64,000 nt of DNA from Entomortierella parvispora E1425 (Eukaryota; Fungi; Mortierellomycota), in the NCBI GenBank assembly GCA_020891255.1, contig BQFW01000007.1, positions 1 to 64,000 of the forward strand, in the 5' to 3' direction. A program made the position numbers and the translations under genes. Numbering within the stretch: the first letter of the stretch is position 1; each line of letters starts with the position of its first letter. Of this stretch, positions 48,812-62,004 are shown piece by piece. The notes beneath the pieces are model-generated. The model ran no database searches. It was not told the origin of the DNA and worked only from the letters and a program-made list of their open reading frames with translations.

Positions 48812-51480
48812 ATGCCTCCTGTAATCTCATCGACTGCAATGGCACCGCTTGGTTCTGCCAGAAACTGGATCAAACGCAACCTGCGATCACACAAGAATTC
48901 CTCATCTTCATCGCGTAACAATGGAGCGTTGGATCCAGCTAAGAGGCGTTATTCCTCCTCAGCATCCTCTTCTTCATGCTCTCCTTCGGCATCACCAGCT
49001 TCATTTTCCTTAATTACCTCGACACCTTCAGTTACTTCTTCGATAGCTCCGCCTGTCCAGCCAGGAACGCGCATTGAATCCTCGGTGGCGAGATCGACGG
49101 TGGCTCTTCAGGCTTCCACATCTCCTACCTCCTTTCTCCAGCCCTCGCACTTGTCCTCAGTCTCCTCACCTTTGTCCCCTCAATCGCAGCTGCATCTGCC
49201 TATTGCTCACTGTCCCCCTCCGCCTCCTGCCCGATCATCTTCCGTTCCGCTTCAACAGCCTGTTCGCGCAACTTCTGCAAGGTCTGTTAAAGAGTCCTTT
49301 TCTTCGGCAACGTCCAAGGACGCGATATCGACGACTTATCGACAAGCTGCAGCCTCCAGGTCGGCACCTCTTTTACAGACAGAGGCTTACTCAACAGGGC
49401 GGCAATATAAGCCCACGGTTATCAAAAATCCCCTTCTTCTTCTACCTCCTCGTCCACCTACACCTAGCCACACCCAGCCTCTTGTTCCATCACCTCGAAA
49501 CAACGTTCATGACTATCCTCCTCCCCCTCTGCCTCCTCATCACTTAGAAGCGCCTTGGACACTTCACGAACAATTGACGGGGCAAGAACAAAACAATCGA
49601 TCTTTTGCCTCATTGCCTTCACAGCTTTTTTCATCTTCCCCCTTTTCATTCCTGTGGTCAACAGCACAGCAACTGGAGCGAAAGCTTGGATCTAGCCGCT
49701 GCCGAACTCGGAGCACTAGCCATACATCTAATCCAACTTCCTGCTCCTCCTCCTTCTCGAGACAATATCAACGTAATCCATCACCCATCCAGCGATCTGA
49801 AAGTGATTTGTACAACATTCATCGAAACCAACCACCCTTCTTGGCCACTTCATCTCTCATGTCCAATTCTTATCCTACTGCTGCACCTCCTCCACCCCTT
49901 GAACAATATCAAAGTCATTTCCACCATAACCACAAGCAACAACAGAACAGGATCTATTCTTGCCAGCCGACCAACATGTTCAGGAGTCTTTCCTCCCGCT
50001 TTGGGGCCTCGACAGAAACGTTGCCCGCTATCGAGACTGTGGTGGGTGATCGACGATGCCACAGATGGAGTACGGTAGTGAAGTCACTAAAATGAGCAAC
50101 TTTGTAGTAGTAACACAATGTCCACCTTCTTTAATATAGGCGCAAGAATATGCAAGAACGATCAAGGCGCTGTGGAGGATGGTGGAGGAGGAGGAGCTCT
50201 CACAAAGGATAGCAGATGCTCCAACAGAGGAAGAGCGAGAACGGATTATTCTCGAGCACACCAAACAGCAGCAGCTACATCAACTACAGCTGCATCAACA
50301 TCATCATTGTCATCAACAACGACAGGAACAATACCAGGACATGTCCTATCAGCATCAACGGTCCTCCTCGTCATCATGGCTAATGCCCTCGCTCATGCAG
50401 GCACAGTTCCACTCATCACAGGGAAGTAGTCGCCAAAGTGCGGTCAGTGCGGCCACTGGTGGTAGTCGATCGAGTCTAGGCACAATTCAACAAGGGAGCC
50501 AAGTAGCCCTGATCAGGCAAATAGCAGCTCTCAAGGGAGATTCACACCATTCCGTCTCGAAAGGAGACCCTGCCGCCGCCCTGATTGCCCTTCAGCGGAG
50601 TAGGACAACCAATGACGCGCCTACCGCAGCCCGTCGGCAGGGACGTTGCCATAGCCAGCAGCCGTCCAAGTCGTCCTGTCTAGAACACCGTCATCATCCA
50701 TTCTCTTCTCCTTCAACGATAGCAACGGGTGATAGTCCAGGGCCAATCCTATACCAGCGCCGATCCGCACCACAACCTTCCAGGATCCGGTTCTCACAGA
50801 TGTCGGATGCGACATCCACTTGTGGCTGCAGAGCTTCCCTCCCCGATTCATCCACTCCGTCTTTGGAGCCTTCGAATGGGGTGGTCATGAATGACTCGGA
50901 GTCCAAGCTACAGAGAAGTCAAACAAACAAGACTAGCAGAACGCTGTTGATCTCGTCCAGTGTCCAACAGTATGCACAGGTATTGCAAAAACAAGACCAC
51001 ATGACGATTGAGGAGCGTCTGCTGTTGGAAGAAGACTGGAGACTGCAGGCAAAGTTACTTCGGAGCGCGGACATTCCTTTGGCGACACTTCATCTAAATG
51101 GAATTCAAAAATCAGTGGAGAGGATCTCTACTGCAACAGTTGAACACGAGCTGGACAAGACTAAGGCAATAGATCCAGATCTGGCCACTGCTCACCATCG
51201 GGAGGCATTTTTGAAGGAATTTACAGAATTTGAGACAGCTCCCGAACGTCAAGATGACGAGGCCAACGGGGATATCGGCAGTGGGCAGGACAGCAACAGT
51301 GTGGATGATTTGATCATTCAAGATCCTTTGCGACCAAAGAGAACCTCGTTTGCGCGTGGCGAGAATGAAGGGGAGGAAGAGGACGAGATCGTGGTAGCGA
51401 CCAAGGTTGGAGTGCGCTCGAGCCGGCTAATGCAGTGGAGCGCGGCAGCAACGACGGTTGATGGAGAGAGCACGCCATAG
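48812..51480 (+). CDS. Hypothetical Ser/Pro/Gln-rich protein; likely intron 50075-50139
   Basis: 427-aa and 433-aa ORFs join in frame at GT...TATAG; no domain recognised. Confidence 0.6.
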
Positions 51481-52079
51481 AAGGAGCGCTACCCACGCAT
51501 GTACAACAGAACAGTAAAGTAACAATTTTCACACCTTTCTGTTAGTTTCTGCGACTCCATTCTGACCGGTGGCGTGTGCGCGTCAAGGAGTGTCAGAGTG
51601 TCAGCCAGTGAATGGGGCAAACTGTCCTTTTTGACCTTGCCCTTTTTGCCCTTGCTTTGCTTCCTTGCCTTCCTTTGCTGTCACCTGCCCCACCATTGGA
51701 TCACTCTCCTCGGGAACACACGCGGCGCCCACCTTGATCGTCACGGTCTTCCACACGGCTGATTCCATTCCCCTATTCATTCCTGCGCTGCACTCATTCC
51801 CGCCTGTCCCAACCGTCAAGGGCAGCAAACAGCAACCGTGCATCCCATGTTCCTTGTCTTATCCTCCTCTTGATCCATTGCTCTTTTAGCAATCTCTCCT
51901 CCAGGCTGCTTTGTTTGCGGCATTGTGCTGTTGACTCGCTCGTCGGTCTTGTCGACATTACCGTGCAAGACCAGCACTTTCAGCAAGCCGTTCATTGGTC
52001 GACAGCCATCACCTTTTCCGCTTTTTCTTCCGGCTGTCTCATTTCCTTTTTTATTTTCTGTTTCTCAACCCCATCCACC

Positions 52080-55000
52080 ATGCACCCATACTTATTCTTC
52101 TACCTTCTCGGTGGACTGACCTTGATTCCTGTCATTGTCCTGGTTACAGTGGCTGTTCTTTGGATATCCCTGCCCACGCTCGACACATCCAAACCCCGGC
52201 CCACGGATCTGCCGTCTGCGCAGAGTCTGCGTGAGCAGCTTGAAAAAGGAAATGGTTCCGCTACCTTTGCAAAGTTGACAGCAACAGACGAAAACGCAGG
52301 CTACACCCTCCGCAGACGAGTCTCGGCAAAGTTGCAATCCCGATCAAAGCAGCTCCTGCAGTCCCAGTCGCGCTCGTCATCTTCGGTCAATTCCGGGTTG
52401 TCTGCCACCTCGGCTTCTGCCCCTGCCCAATTTCAAGGAGCAGATGCCCATGCAAAAGGATACCCTGGCGATCTTGATGAACAGGATCACGACGGTGACA
52501 TTGATAATGAAGAGCACGACGACGAGGACGACGCAGACGATAAGGGCGATGCCACCACTGACGGCGACACGGTTTCAAAAAAAGCTGCCAGGCAGCCAGA
52601 TGTATTGATGCAGGCAGATCCTAACCTCAACAAGGAGGGCTATGTTCGTATGACACGAGTACCACGTCTGGGACCTGCCACTGAGTCTATCTCTGACTAC
52701 ATGTCCAATATGCTGTTCCAGCCCAAGAATACTCGACCGAAGGACTCATACTATGCCGTCCTTCGCTATGATACCCTATTTTTGTACGAAAGCGACCAGC
52801 AGCGGGACTGCAAATCGGTGGTTCCGATGAATTTGTATGAGGTGAAAATCTTTCCCAAGAACTTGCCAGACAACGAAGTCTTCAACAAGGAGCACCCTAT
52901 CCAGATCAAACGAAAAGCCGACGCACCTACATCAAGTAGTAGTGTCATGGACAATGGCCAAGATGAGTACTACATCTTTATCCACACACCAGTGGTAAAA
53001 GAGGACTGGTAAGAGCCCCCTTTGTTGGCCAACTCCCGAGTTGTTTTTGTCTTGGCACGCATGGCATCTGGTGATTTGACAGCATTCTCTCCTTTGTGTT
53101 TATTTTAACCCCCAAAATTTATAACGATAGGTATCTTGCACTCTTATATGCATCTAAATTGAGAAAGCCAGGAACAAAGCAAAAGATCCAGGACAAGGCC
53201 CAGTTTGACCAGGAGGCGATCCTAAACCATATACATATTCTTCATTCCGACAAGCACCACGAGCATACGCGCTGGTTCAATTCATTTTTGGGTCGTATTT
53301 TCTTGGGTGTGTACAAGACACAAAAAATCCGTGACATTTTCATACAAAAGATTACCCGGAAGACGCTCAAACTTAAGCGACCCTCGTTTCTGGGAGAGAT
53401 CAAAGTGCGATCATTCGATGTCGGCCACAGTATACCCTATATCACACGGACACGGCTTCACGAGCTCGCTTTGAACGGTGAGCTAACGGCAGAGTTCCAT
53501 CTGGCATATCGTGGAGGCGTAAGAGTCGAAATCGAGGTCGATGTAGGCATTGGACTTGCAAGTCTCAAGCCAGTCAAGGTCACTATTGTCCTGGCTGTTT
53601 TGGTGAAGGCCATCTCGGGCATGATGACCCTCAAGATCAAAGCCCCACCCACGAACCGCTTCTGGATTGGTTTTCAGGAGGCGCCCACGATGGATATTGT
53701 CATCGAGCCCATTGTTGCAGACAAGGCCATCAAGTTGAACATGGTCCTTAGCGCCATTGAAGCAAAGATCCGAGAGGCCATGATGGAAGCCATAGTACTG
53801 CCAAACATGGATGACTACCCGTTCTTTGACTCGAAAGGAGCTGGCGGTATCTTTGAAGGTGACGAAGATATTTCCACAGATCAAGCGGATGACAGCGACA
53901 CAGAGTCGACCCACACGTCCAAGACTGGGAGTAAGAGTCAAGGAAAAGTGGCTAGTGGACGTAGAGGAAGCGAAAGCTCTTTTAATTCAGATCATGTACC
54001 GCCAACTCTAGACGGGGCGGACAGGAAACTTTCTTGGAGTTCTACAGGAACAGATTCTGATGCAGATCCAGAATCGCTGCCCATAGCCTCCACACCTCCA
54101 AAGCCGAGCCTCTACTTGAACCACCAGCACAACAGCAGTTTCAGTAGCACAGCGTCCAACGCGAACGCGATAGCCAATACTATGGCTGCCAAGTTTAAGA
54201 GGTTCTCGCAGGCGCACTTTTCAACGAGATCAACGGAGTCTCTGGCTGACTCTGCGAAATTAAATACAAAGCCGACGGTAGCGACTTCGATTGCAACTGC
54301 TATCAGGACACCGCCATCTGGAGCCCCTCACTCGAACAATGCTGTCGGTGGCAACTCCTCCAAGTTGCAATCAGCACTACCTAAGCTATCATCGCTGAAC
54401 GACGCTGCTACGGACGGCGGTCATGGACCTCGGATATTTTCATCATCGCCTGCAAACGGCCCTTCAAAGAAGGATTCCTCCAACTCCCTCCGGCGACTTG
54501 CTACGCTGGAATCTCCCACGAGCGATGATTCTGAAAGTGGCAGTTCTGACGACAATAGTACTCCAACAGGCAATGATCCCGTATGCCAATCCTTGGGCAC
54601 TCCAGTCCAGCCTCTGTTGACTTCATCCTTGTCAGTCTCACAGGTATCCAGTCGGTCAGAATACGACACCTCTCGTAAGGATGGGTTACGTAAATGGGAT
54701 ACTGCGCCAGCGACCAGAATTGATAAAACAGGTGTAGGAGAGGAAGAAGAGAGCACAGGAGTACCCTCGTCGTCGTCATCTCATGTCGGCATTGCTGGGA
54801 TTTTGGAAGGAAGTCGACCGGCATCCAACTCAGTTTCAGGAACTGCTTTATCAGTTCAAGGAAACCTCGCTAGCTTGTTTTCTAACGAGAGAAAAAAGAG
54901 AAGCCATAGCAGGAACAGCAGTGCCAATGTGGAAGCTGACCAGGATGACACGTCCCATAATAATGACCTTGGATCGGGTGGCACAGGTTACCAGGAGCAT

Positions 55001-55741
55001 AGTCGGAGGAACAGCGGTGACAGTCTCCTGTCGTTAAAGCTGAAGAAGGATTTGCTTTTGAAGAAGATAACAAGCCATGGGAGCAGCAATAACAACAGCA
55101 ACAGTGGGGGTATTCCTGAAGAGGGCCGTGAAGGACAAGTTGGATCAAGCAGTCGATCTTCAATATCCAAGTTCTCTCTGGAGGATATCAAAGTTGGCGG
55201 TTTACTGGGTCATCGTCGGCGTGGAAGCGTGCCAAGTGCCACCGGTAACGCAAGAGGAGCACCCTCCCCATTAAACCCAATGCAACGGACAGAACAGCAA
55301 CAGCAGGAGGACTTGGCATCCGTGGCGCCCATGCCCTCGCCATCATTTACATCACGTAATAGAACAATGCTGGAGCGGACAAAGTCCAGTGGGTCTGCAT
55401 CTTCTACTCGGAGTCAGGACAGGGAGTTGTACCCTTTAGGTCGCCCGTTTGAAAACTCGTCATCTGGCGCTGCTGTGGAGGTCATAGCCCCGATCTCTTC
55501 GTCCTCTCCCTCTGTCGACCTGTCTCAATTACCCCCAGCCCCCTCTGCTTCGATATCTTTCAGTCCATCAATATCGTCCCCTCATTCAGGCGGATCCGCA
55601 ATTTCTTCAAGATCGGCATATCTACAGCAGAAGTCGCAGGCTGCCCTTGGAGCGACAAAGGCGTGGGTGAAGCGATCGTTAGAGGACCGAAGGGTGAGTG
55701 AGGATGACCCACTGCTTTCGGGCAAGATGCGCCTGGACTAG
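52080..55741 (+). CDS. NVJ2: Membrane-anchored PH plus SMP domain lipid-transfer protein (Nvj2/TEX2-like); intron 53009-53130
   Basis: N-terminal TM helix; PH-like YYAVLRYDTLFLYE...KEDWY; SMP-like WFNSFLGRIF...KAPPTNRFWIGF...IVLPNMDD; long Ser-rich tail. Confidence 0.8.
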
Positions 55742-56297
55742 TTTCATTGAATAAAAGTGGTGCTAAGCCACCGTGCCGAGTGAGATAAGATCGCATTTCA
55801 GCAGTGATGTGATGCCATCCTCCTCATTCTTTTTCTCTCACCTTTCCCTTCCTTCTGGTCGCCGCCTGCCCATTCACAATCGCCACTGGCACATCAGCGA
55901 CCAACATTTACTCCAATATAACCTTTGTACCTTTGGTCTATTTGTGAACCTCTTGTTCTAGTGGCCTGCAAAGTCTTAACTCCCCACGCATAACACGTGC
56001 GACTTCGCGACAGAAACACAACTTCCTGCTCCTCCGCTCACGACACTTACCGTAATCTCGCTGCGTGTTTCTTCACTGGTACATACGTCCACAAGGTACC
56101 AAAGGGATAGCTCATTCGAATGGATGACTCTAGTTCAATCGAAGACCTTGTTTACTGACAGTTGATGCGGAATCATGTTAGAGGCCTTGATTCCTGTGAG
56201 CGCCCTTCGGTGACGGACCAAGGGATTCTGGAGCACAGGACGACTTTGCCATTAGGCCCCCTAGTTGTGTGAACCCCACGGAAAACAGCCCCACGCC

Positions 56298-59200
56298 ATG
56301 AACTTCAACTCGCCCAAGCCAAAGGAGCTCAACAACCCAGAGGATGCCGAGAGTCGGCTTGCCCGATTCACGGCGGTGCCCATCGGGAATCGATTTGAAG
56401 AGGTTCGAAATCTTTGTTTTTGAAATGTTCATGTTGTGTTTGAGAGATCATTTTCTTGCTTCTCTTAGACCTTTCTGTTTATTCTTTGAGGTGGCCCGTA
56501 TGATTTGTTGATGTAGCTCTTGTCCGAGAATCGCCCGTTGGCATAGTTCACACGGAGAATGCATGCACAAAACTATTTCTGGTGCAGGACTGTGGGAGTC
56601 TAGCAAATGATTGGGATCTAGGGCCACCGAAGGGGAGACCATCTGGGCCTGAAGCTCATTCACTTCCCGCAGGCGAAAGCTCGACCACTGACGCGATATT
56701 CCCACAATATTACTTCCTCTCATTTGCCTTACAAAAATCACTGGTCGTTTGGAACACCCCCCTTCGTACCCGCAACGTACCGTAATATCCGATAGCTAAA
56801 AGGAAAGCGCGTCAAGGAGCGTGAGGATGCGATCAAGCAAGGACTTCTCCCTGATCCCAATAAGCCCACACGCTTAGAGGACGCTATCACATTTGTTGGA
56901 ACCTGTTTAGACATGTGTCCTGAATTCGAGCGACATGAGCGTGAATACCAGCAAAACGTGGAAATCTTTGAGAAGGTACAGCAAAAAAGCAACACTCTCG
57001 CGGAGGAGTCGCAGTTCAGGAGGTGTAATGATGTCTGAAAGCTGATTTCTGTCTCTTTTGTGTTTCGAAGATCAACGGTACGGAATCGATCGATCACTCG
57101 AGGGCTGTCAAAATGTATCATAGACCAGCGGCAGGAGCAGATCAGCCTCTACCTTCGGATGTCAGACCTCCGCCAGTCTTACTGGTAGGTCTTTGGATAC
57201 TTTCTATTGTTGCATTTGACGCTCAATTCTCTATAATCCATTGATGACAAATGCCTTTATTTGTATGATAGTTGACCCTGGATTATTTAATTCGAGAGAT
57301 TGTGGCTGAAGACGGCCTATCAGAGTCGCATGCTTTTGTTCGTGACAGGACGCGATCAATCCGACAGGACTTTACACTTCAAAACAGTCGTGGCATTGAA
57401 GCTGTCCAGGCCCACGAGATCATTGCACGTTTTCATATTTTGTGTGTCCACCAACTGTGTGAATCCAAAAATTTCAGTGCTCAGCAAGAAATGGAACAAT
57501 TGCGGAAAGGTAATAAGTCGTGTTAATGGAGCTCAAGTACCATGAGTATCAGGAATCATATAGAGCTCATTTTAAAACGATGTTTTTGTTTTGGTAGTCT
57601 TGACCAGTCTACAGGAGTTCTATGACGACTTACGGCTTGAAGGTGTCCCTTGTCCAAATGAAGCCGAGTTTCGAGCATACCACATTTTGAGCCATTTACA
57701 CGACCCCGACATGATACGACAAGCCCAGCTACTCCCGCCTCATATCTTCAACGACCCCTATATCCAAGTGGCAGCAGAGATTCATGCACTCACCCGACGA
57801 AACAACGACATCCGACGCCGTGGTAAGGTCCAATCGGAAGCATCACCCAATTTCTTTAGCCGATTCTTCAAAATGATCGCAGGACCCGCAACGACCTATC
57901 TCATGGCCTGCTTGTTGGAAACGAACTTTGTCGACATTCGGAAAGGTGCACTAAAGGCCTTAAATAAGGCGTATATGGAGAAATATGGAGGATTCAGTGT
58001 CCAAGAGCTTGTTAATATCTTGGGCTTTGATGACATGGAGGAATGCATAACCAACTGTCAAGAGTATGGTCTCGAAGTCACTATGCAGGGGCAACCACAA
58101 GTCATCTACAACCGCAGAGATGGAAAGATTCGTATCTGGAAAGGTGAGTGTAGGAATGTACCGCATTTCTGTCAAAGATTGTGTACTAATCAGACGGGGT
58201 TATTCAAACCACAATAGAGGGTTCACTGGCCTTGAAACAACATCGGAATGTGCGACTTGTTGAGTCCAAACGTCAGCCGTTTACAACCTCACAAATTATT
58301 TACGGACAAACACCAGGGCCATTCCAGAGGAGTCCTGCAGGATCAGGGTCAATTCTTCCGGCAATGCGCTTCCCACCAATGCAGCAGCATCAAATGCCTT
58401 ACACATCAATGGCAAAGCCAACCTTACAATCATCAGCACTTGCCAAGGTTGGAAATACTTCAGGAATCCAGGGCCAGCCTGTCACCGCAGCTCAGTCAAG
58501 CAAGCCCTTCAGTGGAGTGTTCGATTTTGGATTAGGCGATACTGCGAGTACTGTAGGTGCAGTTGGCACTGGAGCTGTGACAAGTGGGTCGGGCTCATCT
58601 ACTTTCAATCCAGCTGCCTCTGCTCCGGGAGTGGGATTCTCTCAAAACACCATCGCTTCAGCGTTTGCCCCAATCAGCACCAGCACCAGCACCAGCAGCC
58701 TACGCAATGGCCAACCACTGTCGACATCATCTGCATTCTCTTCATCTTTGAATCCTGCAGCACCCGCATTCACACCCGCAAACGCGACCCCTGGTACTGG
58801 CGGTTTTTCATTTGTAGGAAAAAAGCTCTCAAGCGGTCTGTCAACAGGAAATATTCCAGGAACTACATCAAACCTGTCTTTGTCGACAACCGCAGGGGCC
58901 TCATTACCATCTTTTACCTCCACCAGGCCGACAACATCCTTGCCTCTACCATCAGTTTCACAGAGCACAATGGGGTCATCATTTACAGGCATTCCTAGCA
59001 CAGCAACTGGCCCTTCTATCAACTTCATGTCCAACACTTCTGTGCCGGTGTCTAATCGTCCGCCTGCTCACACAGCCCCACTTTTTTCGCTCTCGTCATC
59101 AGTATCGACAGCAGGACCTCTGTCGGCTTCCTCATCTATATCACGAGATACTCCCGTGCAGCCTTTGGTGCCTTCCATTCTCCCACAGTTAACTACAGTG

Positions 59201-61668
59201 CAGGTTCCAACGATCGTACAACAGCCGGAACGAATAGTAGAACCTCCAAAGTCAGATGCAACCAGGATTGTCACTCGAAGGGGCCGAGTTTATCCCCGGT
59301 CTGTTGTTGAAGCTGTTCTGAATGAACTCCTGGACCGGGAGAGAGAGAGACTCGTAAGATCGACGGCGTCTCAAGTGGTTCAACAGACAGTTCTTGAGCG
59401 CTCGCGACAGCGAGCGTTGGCCAGACAGCTAATGATTCGAGAGGAAACTAAGTTCATCATGGATCAAGTTGTTAATCAGGCAACAGAGGATGTCCTGAAT
59501 ATGGTTATGGCCGAGTTATATCGGGAACGCAAAGTGCAACAGAAAGCCATTGATCGGTGGAAGGCATTTACGGCTCAGTGTAGAAAGCGAGCTGAGGAGC
59601 TTAAACGGAAGCAGGAGTACTTTTTGAAGAATGTGAGAGCCATGGGTACCAGATCAGGACTACTAAGGGACGATTCCGAAGACAAGAAAATTCTTGCCAG
59701 AATGCGAGAGATCAGAGCCACTGCTGCCTACGCTAATGGAGGGGCGGGGGTGAATGGAGGTCAAGATCTGAGCGGTGTCAAGGCTATGGTAAAAACAGTG
59801 GTCAACAAGCGCAAGCGTCTGTTAAGCATTGGTCAGGATGGAATGAGTCCAGATCTGCAGCTTGTTACTGGTTTCAGGAAGGTCATGGCACCAAGGCGAG
59901 AAAAATGGGCTCCTCTACCGGTTCTGGACATTGTCGAGAAGCAGTACCGTCAGTCTCATCTAGGATCAGACAGCAAGTTAGGAGCCGATGTCATACCAGT
60001 GCCAATGCAATCGAAGAAAAAAACGAGGTCCTGGCGACTTTTTGTTAATATCCCAAGCTTCAAGCAAACGAGCTCCAAGTGGCTACTCTCGAAACTTGGA
60101 ATCGACATGGGTCGTCAGACAAAGAGTCAGCAGCGATCAGGATCGATGATCTCAATTCATTCCAAGGCCAAGAGCTTGGACTATTCAATGCCGACACTAC
60201 GGCCTTTAGATGTTATTGTCCATGGGTCGGAGGATACGTCAGTCATGAATATTTTAGGACTGTCCAAGGAGGCGATCTTGCAGGCAGGGGCCTTTATCTT
60301 TGAATTTTCCAAAATCCCTTTCCAGGACGAGGCCCATGTGACGCAAGACACCATGTAAGTACTTTCTTCTTATGGCCCAGTCTGCAGTCCTGAAATATTT
60401 GTGTTCACCTTCATCTTTTTTAACTTTAAATATTGCAGTCGTCAATACTGGTTAGGAGAGCGAGGCCGTCTGGTTCGATTCTTGGCTTGCTTTCCACAAG
60501 TTCAGCAACCGATTGTTTTTATTATGTGGTCAAGAGATCCTGAGATTTGGGAAAGGATATCTCCTCGCGTGGTGGAATATCTAGAGCTCGATTCAATGTT
60601 GGCTCAGCCCGGTTCACTACAGACCGAACATGGCGGATCAAACACTGCAGGTGGACCATTGTTGGGATACAGATTCTTGAACCTGGACATGTCCACCATG
60701 AAACTCGACCCGTACATCATCGGGTCCTTGGAGTGGCTTGCCACCGAGACTCGGGATCGGGACGAAGAGGCAGATCTTGCAGAGGAAGAGAGAGATGCCA
60801 GGAGGAAGCGCGGACTGGATATAGATGATAGTGCTGAGACGGAAGATGATCGCGCTCGGGCTTGGGAGGAACGCATGCGATTGGATGCGTTGGAATGGGA
60901 TCGGGAAGTGGATGCCATGCTGTTGGAAGATAAGGATCATGTTGGTCTTGGTCGAAAGCGATTAGCCCCAGTGAGCGACATTGCTCTTCGGTAAGGAATG
61001 ACGGAATGTTTTTCTTGTGCTGAAGCACAGAAGTTAGGTGAACGGCCACCAACAGGTTCATCTTAATTGAGAACTAACACATCCTTTGTTTTTTTTGTCG
61101 TTTGTATAGTCGTGATATGAAACGCTCACGGATTCTTCAGGGTATGGGATCAGAAGTCGAGAATGGAGCGCAGACAGAAGAAGAATCGCCAAACTTGTTC
61201 CTTGTGAATCCAGATCAACAACAACAGCAGCAGCCTCAAATGAGCCGATCGCTCCAAGATCGACAGGCCCTGAGTACGAAAAGATCATCCACGGAAGCTC
61301 TTACGCCGCCGACCACTCCATCTCGACAATTGAAATATGGAAGTAATGGCGCACTGGATCCTTTGTTCAAGTATGATGGTGCCCCATCAGCATCTAGACC
61401 CTTGTTTGGTTCAACGACGACCCAAGCAGGGGTGCCGACATCTCCATTTTCGTTCTCACTAGGAACCCCCATGCCTACAGGCACTGGTAGGAGCGGCCTG
61501 ACAGCGTTCTCATTCCATCTCCCCTTGACATCTGGTCTCGACCAGTCCAAGTCGTCGTCACCATCCATGTTAACACCGACTTCGGGCAGTGGACCGGCGA
61601 CAGACCGGCTAGCACGACTGCGAAGCCTGATCAACCGGGAGAAGAGCAAGCTGCAACCTACCGTGTAG
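56298..61668 (+). CDS. SAC3: SAC3/GANP-family mRNA export factor (TREX-2 scaffold); multi-exon, 5' end uncertain
   Basis: FVGTCLDMCPEFER; SDVRPPPVL; IRDRTRSIRQDFTLQ; EAEFRAYHIL; low-complexity middle; CID-like helix; an upstream exon is possible. Confidence 0.88.
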
Positions 61669-62004
61669 ACGATGGCGTTGCGTTGCATTGCATTGCATTG
61701 TACAATACATAAAAGCACCAAACCAAAATAAAGAAACAAACACAAAATAATGAAACAAACTCAAAATACAAGGCGAGAAAATGAGTTTTGACTTGACTTG
61801 CCACCAAAGAGACCCTTTTTTTTTACGTCTTTTTGATTCTCCGCTCCCTTCGCTTTATCTCTGTTTCCTTCCTCCTTGTCTTCTTCCTCTTTTTTCCTTC
61901 TCTCTGTTGTCTGCTCTGTCAAGTCTGCCCTCATTCCATCCTTCTCGCATCTTCGACATCTCTCTCTCCTCCTTTCTCGATTCACATTCACATTCATTCA
62001 GCCA

